From Rhizodiscina lignyota (lineage: Eukaryota): 64,000 nucleotides of DNA. The notes beneath the pieces are model-generated. The model was not told where the DNA came from. It searched no databases and was given only the letters and a program-made list of their open reading frames with translations. Positions 51,225-63,866 of this stretch are shown piece by piece (position 1 is the stretch's first letter; every line of letters starts with the position of its first letter). The position numbers and the translations under genes are program-made. The stretch spans positions 1,612,001 through 1,676,000 of the forward strand of contig ML978128.1 in NCBI GenBank assembly GCA_010015805.1. Reading direction: 5' to 3'.

Positions 51225-53199
51225 ATGACATCTATCGAACCTATGCGCCGTAGCCCCTTCTCCGCAGACCCTCACGCTCCGAATATTCACAAGAGCATAC
51301 CCATCCTTCCATCAACGGCCGCTCCATCTCTTGCTCCAGGCGATCCTATGGATATCACACCCCCCTCTAGCGTTGCCATGGGGCCTCCAGCTCAGGGGGC
51401 TCCGGGTGCGGATCGCAGTGGACCAAGTGCTTCAGGCTCATCCGAATCCGAACCTCCTACGACGAATGGAAGCAGCGCGCCAGCTGTAGGCGCCGCGGCT
51501 GCAGCACAGCAACCTAAAGTAGTACAGACAGCATTTATACATAAGTTGTACAAGTACGTTGGGAGCGTCAGAGTCGAGGAGCTTGCGCTAATGATCATTA
51601 GTATGCTCGAAGATCAAAGCATTCAGCATTTGATTTCTTGGTCGAGCACGAACGAGAGTTTTGTCATGTCACCTTCTAGCGAATTTTCAAAAGTCTTATC
51701 GTACGTCGGGGAGGTTGGTCTTTTGGGTCTTGCCATTACTAACTGCGCTCAGGTCATATTTCAAGCATACAAATATTTCATCATTTGTGCGACAACTAAA
51801 CATGTATGGTTTCCACAAAGGTGAGGACCATCGGCCATTCGCTCTGCATACAAAACACTTAACTGATGTCGAACAGTGAGCGATGTCTTTCATACTGGCG
51901 CACCGGACTCTCCCTTGTGGGAATTCAAACATGGCAACGGAAATTTCAAAAGAGGCGATCTTGTGGGCCTCAGGGAAATAAAGCGACGCGCTTCACGACA
52001 TGCACTGATACATCGAGACTCATTCTCGGCTGGACCCAAAACAACAGTGCAGCCGCCTGGGACACCTGTCGAGCCGGTACCCGACCCCGTCGAAGCACGT
52101 CTTTCAATGCTGGAGCACAGTTTATACGATGTTCACGTACGGTTGGGGCGGTCAGAGGATAGCTCGGCGTACTTAAACTCAAAATGCCAAGCGCTTACGG
52201 AAGGTCTCCTCCGATGTCATCAGGTAAGCAACGCCACACCGAAGTTGTTGAAGAGATACTGAGTTGGCTAGTGGAATAACGAATTGACGAATCATATCAT
52301 GACTATGGTGCCGGATCCGGATAATCCAATTCATCGAGATGGTATGCTTGTACCTTTCTCCTAAATTGTCACACCATGCTAATGACAAATCAGTTGCAAA
52401 TATGCAAAGAGACATCTCTCGGCAAATCGAAATGCTACGATCGTTCGAGGACTCTCAAGAGAGTATCCCATCTGCCCGTACGACATTTTTTGCAAACTTA
52501 CCGAATGAGAGTGGACCGCCACTCAGTCCTCGCCAAATGCCCCACGATGAAGGACGACGAAGTTCTCTTGCGGGCACCAACCGCTTAACACCCTTCCGCC
52601 AACCTGCTGCATCTCATCTCTCAGTATCTCCGCGTCGATATGGCTCCATCGGAGGGAGTTCCAACTACTCTCCATCTTCAGCACGTGCCCCCGCACCTCC
52701 TCCACCTCCAGCCCAGCCAATGCAACCTCCAATGGTATCAGTTACTTCACCTCCTGCCAATCTCTCACGAAGGCATACATCAGCAGATATCCGGCTGCAT
52801 GGTTGGCAAGGCCCTCCAGGCCAGTCCTCACAAACACAAGCATCTCCTTTCGCTTCCGGTCATAATTCTGTCCCGTGGCCATCTTCTCCCCATCGTACAC
52901 CCTTGAGCGGTGATCAAGAGATACGAAATGCTCTTGCGCAGTACGAGATTCGCGGCGGGCCCCGGCAAGGAGGGTCTCGTCAACCAAGTCCACCACAGGA
53001 TCCGGTTCCACCTTCAGAAGCTGGGTGGCAGCTACCTGGTGCCAAGTATCCGTTCAGGGGCATCGATGCTTCAGGCCCACCAACACGCCGTTCAAGCTTG
53101 GCGAGTAATGTCCATAGTCTTCTGAATCCCGCGGAGACGGCAGAACGGCCTGAGGGCGAGGAAGAGGGTGGTGGTGGCAAGCGAAAACGCGTGCAATGA
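51225..53199 (+). CDS. HSF-domain transcription factor, Sfl1-like, about 5 introns
   Basis: QTAFIHKLY-MLED..LISW, YFKHTNISSFVRQLNMYGFHKVSD, WEFKHG, IKRRASR; RRHTSADIR; VHSLLNP repressor-type tail. Confidence 0.92.
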
Positions 53200-54695
53200 T
53201 CGGGCCTGCTCCGCCTCAGTTTCTTCCTCAGACCACATCGAGCCTCTCTCAACCACTGTTATGAACTTCTTGCGCCTTCTATTCGATGATCATTATTACT
53301 CCATTTTGCTCGCGTTCTATGCGATTTGTCTCTTTGTTCTGCATCGTGGAATGCACTCTTTACGGCCACCTATTATTAACAACCCTCTTTCTCTTTTGGC
53401 CTTTCGCATTTTACGGATCTTTCCAGAAATTCCTCTGCGCATTATTCTGGGACAAGGGCTGTCCCCTCGCAGAGGCAGATGATATTGATGTCGTATTCTT
53501 TCATGAAATTTAGATTCTGGTTAGGCACAACTTCTGAAACGACCTTCAATGAAAGTGTGGCTGCGGCCGAAATGGCCGCGCCTTCGGCCGATTCGATTCA
53601 CCAACATTTTAAATGGAGGGGGTTGAAGGACTATTTGCAAGAATTTTTTTTCGCGCGTAGCGTGTAGATAACTAGCTTATGTTGCGGACGAAAGAATAGG
53701 AATAGAAATCAAAAGTCACGAGCCGGCTTCAGTAATGACATTTTATCTCCGAGCCATGACCAATGCAAGGCCAAAGTAGCGTAGCTTGCCATTTGGTGGT
53801 GCTTGAGCTTAATGAGCTGAGGTCAGCTACCATGAATTCCGCTGGAAAAGGCTTGTGCATCATTACATAAGGAAACAAGTGGATCAGTCGTGCGAGAGAG
53901 GGTCTCACGTTTCCGTACGTAGTTAAAGCTGCGATATCAGTTTCCAAATCCAACCCGTAGTGTAGGGTAGGTGCATGTACATGTATTATTATCCTATTAC
54001 AAACTGTTGGATTAACATTAGCTCTTGTGCCTGTTTGCCAGAATCGGAGAAGCAGTCTCCACTGTATAAATGTTCTTCTAATTCAACCACTAAGCGCACA
54101 GAGTATGATGGGTTACCACAAAATGGTGCTGACTCAGCTCCACCTGAGCATCAACGGCATACCGACGCGGCTTCTTCCTCAGCCGCACAAACGCTGCTCA
54201 AGCTTTTGCCATGCATGCTTCTTCCTCTGTGCCTCTCGAGGCTGTCATCTATTGCCCCTTTTAGCTTTGCGGGGCATAGAACTGCATATTCAGCACTAGA
54301 CCGATGTAAGTTGTTGGACGAAAACGCCATACTCCTCAGCTCCTAGCAACAGGCGGTAACTCTTCCGACGGAAATTCCGCCGGCAGGGCTGGAGAGATGG
54401 TAGAAATGGAGGCGTTTCTAGTACAACATAGCTGTGGCTTCCCTCTTCCTCTCCTATTTCTGCAACCAAAAAGGATTACGGAATCTTTGTCAAGGGCGGA
54501 CAGGCTAAGAGACCGTACAATACCGGCTCCAGATTAGGCAGCATAAAGTCGGCGAACATCAGCTTTCAGATTAAAATCCGGGGTTGTTCTCACTTCTCGT
54601 TCAAACTCCTAGACATCTTTTTAAATTCTGCAGTCGCTGTGCGACCTCAATTTTCCTTTCAGCTTAAGAAAACGGTGTGCTGTTAGCGGTGCAAG

Positions 54696-56558
54696 ATGCA
54701 GCCCAAAGTCGTGTCGTTGCTTGGCGTTCTGCAAGCCACCGCTTCGTTTGCGGCATCGCAAGAAAAGTATGACTATGTCATTGCTGGAGGTGGAACTGCT
54801 GGTCTGGCGCTGGCAAACCGACTGTCTGCGGAGCATTCGGTAGCCGTCATTGAAGCTGGAGGGTACTATGAGGACATCTTCCCTTCCATCGCGATCCCTG
54901 GACAGGATGGAGCTGCAGTCGGCATGGATCCTGACACGATCAATGTAATTGATTGGGGACTCGTCACGGAGCCTCAGGCGGGTCTCAATCATCGGCGTCT
55001 GCATTATGCCCGTGGAAAGGCTGTGGGTGGAAGGTGTGTCATGTCTAAGTGAACTTTCACGTGGGGAATTCAATCGCGCTAACTCAAATGCAGCTCCGCG
55101 AGGAATTTCATGGTGTATCAGCGCGGCACGAAAGGCTCGTACGACCAGTGGGCCGACTTGATCGGAGACAAGGCTTGGTCTTGGGACAATCTCCTGCCGT
55201 ACTTCAAGAAGAGCGTGAGCTGGACGCCTCCTGCCGAGAAGCCCGACACAGAGAACGCGACGACGGATTTCCTTGAGAGCGCGTGGACACCCAAAGGCGG
55301 CCCACTGCAAGTCAGCTATCCGGTGACCACTGGAGCGATTTTTACCTGGCTGGCCAAGATCAATGCCGAAAATGGAATGCCTGCGGCCGACAGCTTCAAT
55401 GACGGAAAACTGGACGGCTACAAGTACGTCGAGAACATGATTCACCCCGAAACGCATCTCAGAGACAGCTCCGAAACTTCATTCCTCAAGGCCGCTCCTG
55501 GGAAGGTGGACGTTTTCCCTTACTCTATCGCTGAAAAAGTGCTCTTCAACGATAAGAAAGAAGCAATCGGAGTCCAAGTCAATGGAACGTCGATCCTCGC
55601 CAACAAGGAGGTAATCATCTCAGCAGGCGCATTTCAAAGCCCTCAACTTCTCATGCTATCCGGCGTCGGCCCAAGCTCGGAGCTCAACAGGCACAACATA
55701 CCAGTTGTACACGACCTCCCTGGTGTAGGCGAGAACATGTGGGATCACCCAGCGTATGGACTTGCTGCAGAAGTCAATCTGGCAACCGCCATCACTCCTG
55801 AGGGCATGGCTCATGCCGAAGCGCTGTGGAACGACCATCGTACCGGTCCATGGACGAGCTGTAACGTCGACGCCATCGGCTTCGCAAACTTTGACGACGA
55901 GGTACGCAAGAGTCTCAAGCCCAGCACCATGAAGGCGATCGAAGATAACTTCCCGAGCGACTGGCCCGACTTTGAGCAGTACGGCTCGCCCGCCTACGCC
56001 GGCAACCAGAGCGGTTTCGCCGCGCCTCCGGACCCCACGAAGAACTATGGCTCCATCACGTACATCCTCATAAAGAACCTCTCCCGCGGCAAGGTCTCGC
56101 TGAAGTCCGCCGATCCGAAGGACCTCCCCGCCATTGATCCGATGTGGTTGACGCACCCGGCGGATATCGACATGGCACTCGCGGTCTTCAAAATCGGCCG
56201 CAAAGTCATGCAATCCGACGCCTTCAAGCCGCTCTTAGTCAATCCCGACGTGCCCGAAGTGTTCCCCGGCCCAGAGGTCTCGACAGACGGGCAGATCCTC
56301 GAGTACATCCGCGAACAGGCGTCGCATGTGTGGCACGCGTGTGGCACGTGCAAGATGGGTAAGGATAGTGATAATATGGCCGTGTTGGATTCGAAGGCGA
56401 GAGTGCGGGGCGTTAAGAATCTGAGGGTTGTGGATGCCAGTTCGTTCCCGACGCTGCCGCCGGGGCATTTGACGGCGACGGTGTATGCGCTTGCGGAGAA
56501 AATTGCGGATGATATTCTGACGGAGGCGAAGGGACATGCTGACAAGGAGGAGCTGTAA
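54696..56558 (+). CDS. GMC oxidoreductase (AA3_2-like) with signal peptide and C-terminal KEEL; intron 55034..55093
   Basis: YDYVIAGGGTAG, ARGKAVGGSSARNFM, GAFQSPQLLMLSGVG, VWHACGTCKMG, LRVVDAS..PPGH (His/His pair). Confidence 0.95.
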
Positions 56559-57482
56559 TATGTTCAAGTTTGTCAGATGGTTGGGACGAGGACATTTTGA
56601 TTGATGTTAACTGGAATGGAAAGTTAAGCGAATTACAGCATAGGATTTCAATTTGATGACCGAATGAGTGTATTATACGGTATTGTACAGTTACAATGAC
56701 ATGACGAGCGTTGCTTCAAATCCTCAAACCATATGAGGACAAGAACCCTTGATGGCGGCGAGTCTGTCGAGAATGCGGCTCAGTTCAGGTCTAAACTCAA
56801 TCGGTAGTATAAAATTAAGGTTCCCAATACCGTTATGGTTGGGCAGACAGCTTGAGTGCATCTGACAATGATGATTGAGCGATGAATAGTCGGATCATTC
56901 GCATTGCACTTCATCGCAATTACAACTCGGCTGCGATTACGAGCGCAAGCGATGTCCAAATGATCTGATAACGCAGAGCAAGATGACCTGGCTTCAATCC
57001 GTGTCTCCCGGCACAACGTCGAGATGGCCGAGCAGATCTTGAACTACCGTAAGCTTCTGTCATGGATATGACGCTTGCGAAACAGTGTATGGTACTCGGG
57101 CGCTCCGAGGAAAGCATCGTGACATCTGGTGGCCGGGCCACGATATAACGTACATGTCGACTACTGCCACGAGGGCAATTACCTCGAAGATTTGGGGAGT
57201 ATTTTCCAAGTATTGTAATGATGCGCCGTAGAAGACATGGGATCAAAGTGAGGAGAACGCAAGCGTGCTGATGGCAGCGCTAGCTTAGTGGAAAGGTGGG
57301 TGACCATTCGGTCCTGCATGGAGCTTAGCCATTCTTCGAATAGACGATCGGTTCAGTGTTAAAGTATTGATACAGCTAGTTGGCATAAGCACTGCATCTC
57401 TTGTTCTATGAAGGATGAGTAGAGCATGGAACAGAAATAGAGTTTGAAGCAAGGATTTAAATTTTTAATTAAAAAAAGGACA

Positions 57483-57552
57483 AGGGTCTGGTGGGCTTCG
57501 AACTTGCGGCCTCCAGAAGCAAAAAAAGGGCCCTCTCTGCCAATAGTCTGCC
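57483..57552 (-). other. Degenerate tRNA-like / Pol III promoter remnant
   Basis: Minus strand has A-box-like TGGCAGAGAGG and B-box GTTCGAAGC ~30 nt apart, followed by a T-run. No intact cloverleaf. Confidence 0.3.
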
Positions 57553-58715
57553 AATGGTTAACGTGTAGTGTTGTTCTTTTCGGTTTAAGCTCACAAGATT
57601 ATTTTTGGGTAACATGGTCCAAACTCGACCACATCAGTAAATCCCGCCCTATGCCCGAAGGCATTAGCAAGTAAATGGCACAGTGTATATATACTTACTA
57701 AATTTAAAATAATTATTTAACGATACAAACTGCGAAGCATAATCAGTCACAAATTCAAACAAGCAACATGCCAAGTATTGATATCCTTGATCTTGAGGTT
57801 TTGCTCGGCCGACTTCCTCTTCTCAGTTCAACTACGATCTCTTGTTGTGAGCATTCCTTCTTCTTCTTCTTTTGTTCATGGTGTCATAGATATTGCTCTT
57901 CCCCCTCTTTGAAAGTATTTCATGACTTGGGAGTGCTTTATATGGGGCAGACAAATCATCATGTCGAATCGTGATGCGTGCCTGGCATGACCATCTCGCA
58001 GGGTCGCACTTAAACCAGAGATAGATCGAAGATACTCTGGGAGGAGACGATCTATTAGGGGTCGAAAGGATATGATGGCTACTATCATGCCGCGATGGAT
58101 TTGAAGTGATAGACACGTCCACCGCGAAGAAGTGACGTCCAGTCCGACTTTTACGGCTAAGCTGTAACTTTACGATAGAGTGGGCCCTTTATTCTTCTTC
58201 AGGGCTAGTTCGCAATTTAACCCCAGACTCAGTTAGACTCTTAGAGTATGGCTTGGTTGCACAGATCCCTCGAGCCTTCCTTCTGCATCGTCATTCACCA
58301 TTCGACTCTTGCTCTGCACTATCTATACCGTCTTCAAAGCTTGGATGCATTGGATGGTCTTGGGGCTGCACATATGCACCAGTTCGTCATGAACGACCTC
58401 TCCCTTCCTCTGCCCCATCCCAACACCATGGATCCTAAACTCGCGCAGGCCATCGAAATACCTCGATATCTGCCGTCTCAGGAATTGGTAGTAATAACAT
58501 TCTGAGTGCAATCATCTACGGGTCACATTGGCCGTCATATCAAAAAGAGCACATTACATTGGATCGTGCATTAAAGAGATATTATATCCACTACCTGGCA
58601 GCATTATCTTCCATTCATGACGAATACATATTGAAAGAGCATAGAGACACCTTTTCACAAAGATACTGGTCGCACCATGCAGTCATCATGCTATGCTAAT
58701 CATCTCCAAGTGTGA

Positions 58716-60498
58716 TCAAGCGTACGTAGTCCCTGCCCTTACATAGCGATCATCACGGTACCCATTCACCAGCATCGGCAGACACATCATGCCATCCGCG
58801 ACCTGCCTTATCTCGGCCAAAGGATAGTGCCACCAATACGTGGGATCAGGCGGGTTTTGGTCGCACGTCAAAAACTCTGTAGGCGAGGTGCACAAGAAGC
58901 TTCCGGGCCTGCATGGCAGGTATTGCTGTAGGTTATTTACGTCGGCGTATGGCGGTGGCGTGGGCGGCGAAGGCGGGCTCGAACCGCCGGGTGAAGGCGG
59001 TGACGGAGGTGACGGGGGTTGTGGGGGCGGCGGAGGCGGCGGAGGCTGTTGACCAGAAGGAGGCTGTTGACCAGAGGGGGGATTGCCTCCAGGATTTGAT
59101 GGATATTTGCTTGAAGAGGTGCATGTCTGCTGCTTCGCACTGATGTAATAATTGATCGCCATGGCAAGAGCAGCAACGCTTCCATCAGATTGTATAAAGT
59201 CTGTGAGAATGACGTTCGGGATTTTGCCGGAGCTGGTGATGGCAGGCCAGAGATATCGGTACAGTTGCTGGTTCGCCGTAGTAGCAATACTTTTGATACT
59301 ATCAAAGGCAATCTCGTACCACATGGTCTCCGTTAATGTCCAGGAAAGCAGGAAGCCTTCTCCTTGGCGGCTGAGAAGTTTATTCAACTGGTCCGACTGC
59401 ATGGTGGAGAAATCATCAGTGTTCGAATAGTTGTTGGTGAGCGCATAGAATTGGCCTGGGTAGATTCCCGAGTTAGGAAAGCCGGAGAGGTCGACGTTAC
59501 CGTCACGGACAATGATAACGACTGCAGGAGAGCTGCCGACGAGTTGGTTCAGCGTCAGGTCTCCAAGGTCTCCAGTCCCTGCAGGGGCTATGTAGAGATG
59601 GCTGATCGATAGCATTTGTTGTAAGAGCCCGTTCCAATCTGATTGTGTCAAAGCTGGGTATCCCGAGGTGTCTGTATCTACTGCATGCGAGAGTTCCAGA
59701 ATGACAAGCTCATTCGTATTGGTGTATGCTGTGAAGGTGTTCACGTCGTTGATGATATCCGCAATAGACTCGCCATTAGAACCAAGGCTTCCCGAATAGT
59801 GGCCAGTAACGAACTGCCCACCGGAGATTACAGGGCGGATGTCGAACCATCTGGTTCCTGCAACAAGCTGATCGTGGATGTTCAGACTCTGTGTCAAACT
59901 ATTTGCCGAGTCACCTCCCGCACCTCCACCATTGGGATCTAGCGATGACATTCCGGCGTCGTGCGAACCAGGGATAGACAGTTGGCTCAGCGGAAGGCAT
60001 CCGATGTACTCCATGTTTGTCGTCATCCAATTCCAATTCACGTAGGGACTGACATAACCGCTCCCTGAACCATCTCCAGACAGGACCCATTGTGCATCCA
60101 GGTTGTGCTCGAAGGAGAACTGCTGCTGTGTGATGGTTGTGTCGATGGGTATGTTAAATATATTGATATAGTAACCGTTGAGGCCACTATTATGGTGGAA
60201 AGAGAGCCTGAAAGCCGTCTGGTCGGCTACGGCTCCTGGGCTCTCGATGGTATATGTCACGTCTCCGGCATCGTCCGTTGGGATGTATATTATATCATCG
60301 AGCTCGATGTAAGCACGTGCACTTTGACCTGGTGCATCCCGTTAGCGATGTGAAGAGTAGTGCTGTCGCTGGCTGTGCCATACCTGATGCAATGCTATCC
60401 GGGAAGTTCCATGCATTCATCTGGTATGTGTGATTGTATGTGACCGACCATAGATATGGGGTCGCATTGATCAGAGTGAACCATCCACCGTACCCCAT
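58716..60498 (-). CDS. PI-PLC X-domain (PLC-like phosphodiesterase) protein with N-terminal beta domain, Pro-rich linker and Cys-rich C-terminal module; intron 60329..60383
   Basis: LSIPGSHDAGM, TQSLNIHDQLVAGTRWFDIRP, GHYS, ELVILELSH, LLSWTLT, PNVILTDF; poly-Pro linker; C-x5-C-x7-C..C tail. Confidence 0.88.
59041..59078. repeat. 18-bp tandem duplication encoding PPSGQQ x2 in the PLC linker
   Basis: GGAGGCTGTTGACCAGA occurs twice, 18 bp apart. Confidence 0.85.
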
Positions 60499-61556
60499 GA
60501 TGCAAGGCTGGATTCTGAGAAGAGGAAATCAAGACTGAACGAAACGAGCAGCGGACGGAACCCCAACATAAAGGGCTCAACTGAGTCGGGCGGGGGAACC
60601 TCAGCCTTTGATGTGAGCCTGACTCGCCATACTCGAAGCTCTTCTTGGCTTGAAGTGATTGAAAGGCTTTGGGCTACACATCTACAATAGTTCCTAATTT
60701 TGCACTCTAGCTTAGGTGCATCTTGCCCGGAACGGATGCATGGTGGTAGAAGAGGAAACGCCATTGACGATGTCGACGAAAGAACAAAGGAGCACCGAAT
60801 AATTAACCTTGAGGGCTCATGCTTGTAAGGAATTCCAGAGCTTCGATTCGGTGATTAATGCAGAAGAATATGCAATAGGAATCCTCAGCCTCGTCGACGC
60901 GAGAATAAATACGAAAGCGGACTAGCTTAGCCTTATACAGCAGAGATATCACGCGGAGAGGTGACGACACAGCCTCCTCATATCGCCCGGCTTCGGGGTC
61001 GATGCAGCTTTTGGCGTGTTGCCAAGTCGCGATGCTTTTGAAAGGATTCCGACGCTCTTCGCACATGTTGCGACGGTGGAGAGGAGTGGAAGACGCAGGT
61101 CGGCAACGGGATGAACCGAGCGAGAGGCCCACAGTCCGACATGGGACAAGTCTCCCCAAGCCTGTGCCAAGAACGGCCATGACCGACGGGACCTGCCCAC
61201 GACTTTCCCACGACGTCTCATCCAGATCCACTGTTTCTATATGCATATCGTGCTCTGAACTAGCTTCACCTGGCAACACCACAGCTCCGCGAAGTGGAAG
61301 CGGCGAAAAAGCTCCAAGGTCGCCCTCACAATCTGCCTTTTGGCGCACTCCAGCGCCCCAAGACACCCCCACGCTCACTGCCTGAAAGCCAACTAGGACG
61401 AGGACAGTATGCAAGCATAGTCACCTGTATCTCGCGCACAGATCCTTCAGTGCCAATTGAAGCCGCCTGAAGCTCCTCTACGCAGCCTGAACGTCGCCTA
61501 CCCCACACTACACAACCTTCCCTCACATCGTCGCCGCTGGCCCAATCGGCGGCGCG

Positions 61557-63184
61557 ATGGCAGCATCATCCAGGGCACGACAGGACACCTCTCCGCCTTC
61601 TCCCCGCGCACCACCGTCAGATTCACCTGCGCTCGACACGTCTGTGCCGCGTGGGCTCAGTCCTTTGGCTCGCCCTGGCGGTCTCAATGACGCAGCAGAT
61701 GCAAGAAGACCCTCTGTGCAATTCATTCCACATAAGAGCGTTGGACTCCCCAGTGGGGATGGGAAAAAGAAGGCTGGAAGTCTCATGCGAGCACGCAAGA
61801 TGTCTTCGCCTCCACCGCCACCGTACGTCTCAGGCCCCCTTGGCAGCTGGTTTCATTTGCAATATCACCATTTTCATTTGATAGTCCATTGTGGAGTTGA
61901 GCACGTGATGACTTGACTCGGCAAGTGCTGGATGTTCCCGAGCCTATCTACGCTTATCCCGTCTCCTATGAATCTTCAGGAGAAACCCCCAAGTTCAATG
62001 GTAGAGACTAACAGCCAAGGTAGCCTGTTTCAGCCTCGTGTGTCTTTCGACACTTTCGAGAGGCAAGCTGAGGTGAAGTCGGATACGACGTCATTCTCGC
62101 TTGTCAAGAAGCACAAGGATTACGAATACTCGAAGCGCTCGCGCACCTTTCTCTGCGGGCTGGACGCAAACGATTACTCCGAGTTTGCTCTCGAGTGGCT
62201 TATCGATGAGCTGGTTGATGACGGCGATGAAATTGTCTGTCTTCGGGTCGTCGAGGCGGATTCGAACATTGCGGGGCACAAGAGCGTAGAGCAGCAACGC
62301 TATCGAGCAGAGGCGGAAAATCTGATGAAGCAAATCCAGGAAAAGAATGTCGAAAACAAGGCAATCAATCTCATATTGGAGTTCGCGGTGGGCAAGGTTC
62401 AAGACGTTATTGATGACATGGTATGTGTCGGTTACTCTTCGCACGCGTCGGAATTATGCGGCTCATTTCCATCTAGATCAAAATTTACGAGCCTGCCATT
62501 CTTATTGTTGGTACGCGTGGTCGAAGTCTCGGCGGCTTCCAAGGCCTGCTCCCCGGATCCGTGTCGAAATGGGTGCTTCAGCATTCCCCAGTCCCCGTCA
62601 TTGTCGTTCGACCGAACTCGAAGCGTGCCAAAGGCAAGCGGAAACGGCTTCAGGACCCTACGAGAACTGGATATCGCGATCTGCTTGACAAGAGCTCCCA
62701 AGGCGGGGGTCACCTCCTTGACTTTGCGCATCGTAACAGTTCCGATGTAGTGACTACATTGCGTGCTGCGTCAGATGCCGAGCCAGCAGCTGTGGCAGCA
62801 GCCATTGGACTAAAAGATGAGACGCCTTCGCCTGGATATAAGGGGGATCCGTTGATGAAAGTCGAGTCTGGCAAGACAGACGGGACAGATACGACGGAGT
62901 TGTCACCAGAAAGCGCCTCTGGACGTGAGACGTCTCCGGAAGCATTGAGAAGTCCAGCACGCGTCATGAAGAGTCCTGACACTGAGAACTTGGAGAGCCC
63001 AGATTTAAGCGATGCATCAAGTGCGGACGAAAACGACGAGACAGAATTGGAGCTTAAATCTGGAGAGTCAATTGATACACCCGATCCTCCTGTCGAGCCG
63101 GCCAAGGCGGAGTCCTCTCATAGCCCTGCAGCTGACGACAATCTCTCGCCAAAAGCCGAGCCCGCTGAAGCTGGAAAAGGCTGA
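61557..63184 (+). CDS. Universal stress protein (USP) domain protein; introns 61823..62023 and 62421..62476
   Basis: RTFLCGLD..YSEFALEWL..DGDEIVCLRV; ILIVGTRGRSLGGFQGLLPGSVSKWVLQHSPVPVIVVRP. Confidence 0.92.
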
Positions 63185-63866
63185 ATGTTTTGTCATGATG
63201 CTTGAGTGACGGCGGAACAAGGTTATGTTGCATGCACCTCTCTACATACCCATAGCGGCTGGATTGCGTGTCTCTCTTTAGCACTTCGGATCAAATTGAA
63301 TACATGATGTAGGCAAGCATCGCGAATCACTATCAGTGCCCCATATTAATTAACATCGGACACGGTAAGAGTGGTAAGTGCAACGCTTACCTTATCGCTA
63401 TCTGCAAGGAACGAGCGTGCGGGAGCTAAATGATAGCGCGGTGCATTCGCTCCAAATTTCCGACCCGTTCGTCATTTGTCGACTGTTGACTCTTAAGAGA
63501 AGTACAGTCGGTAGCAGCGACTTTACGAGGCAAATGCTCTGGCTACGCGTGAGAGCTGTACAGCTGGGAACAGAGATCTACCATTGGCTTGAAATCGATA
63601 GTCTGAGGCATATCGGATCGTGCCTTCCCGGCTGTGACAGGACGACCCCTTGCGTGTGCAGATCGTCATCGGGGATTGCTGCCGCGGCGCTGAAAGCCAC
63701 CTCAACCCAATCCATCATCCCTCCAAATTCTTCCATATACCCTCCCCCACGAACCTCATCCCTCTCCTGCCAACCTCTGCCCATCGAACATCAATGTCTC
63801 TGCACTCCTCCGCTCATACAAGACACCCAAGGCGATCCAGCACCCTCTCCTCCCCCACCTCGCCAC

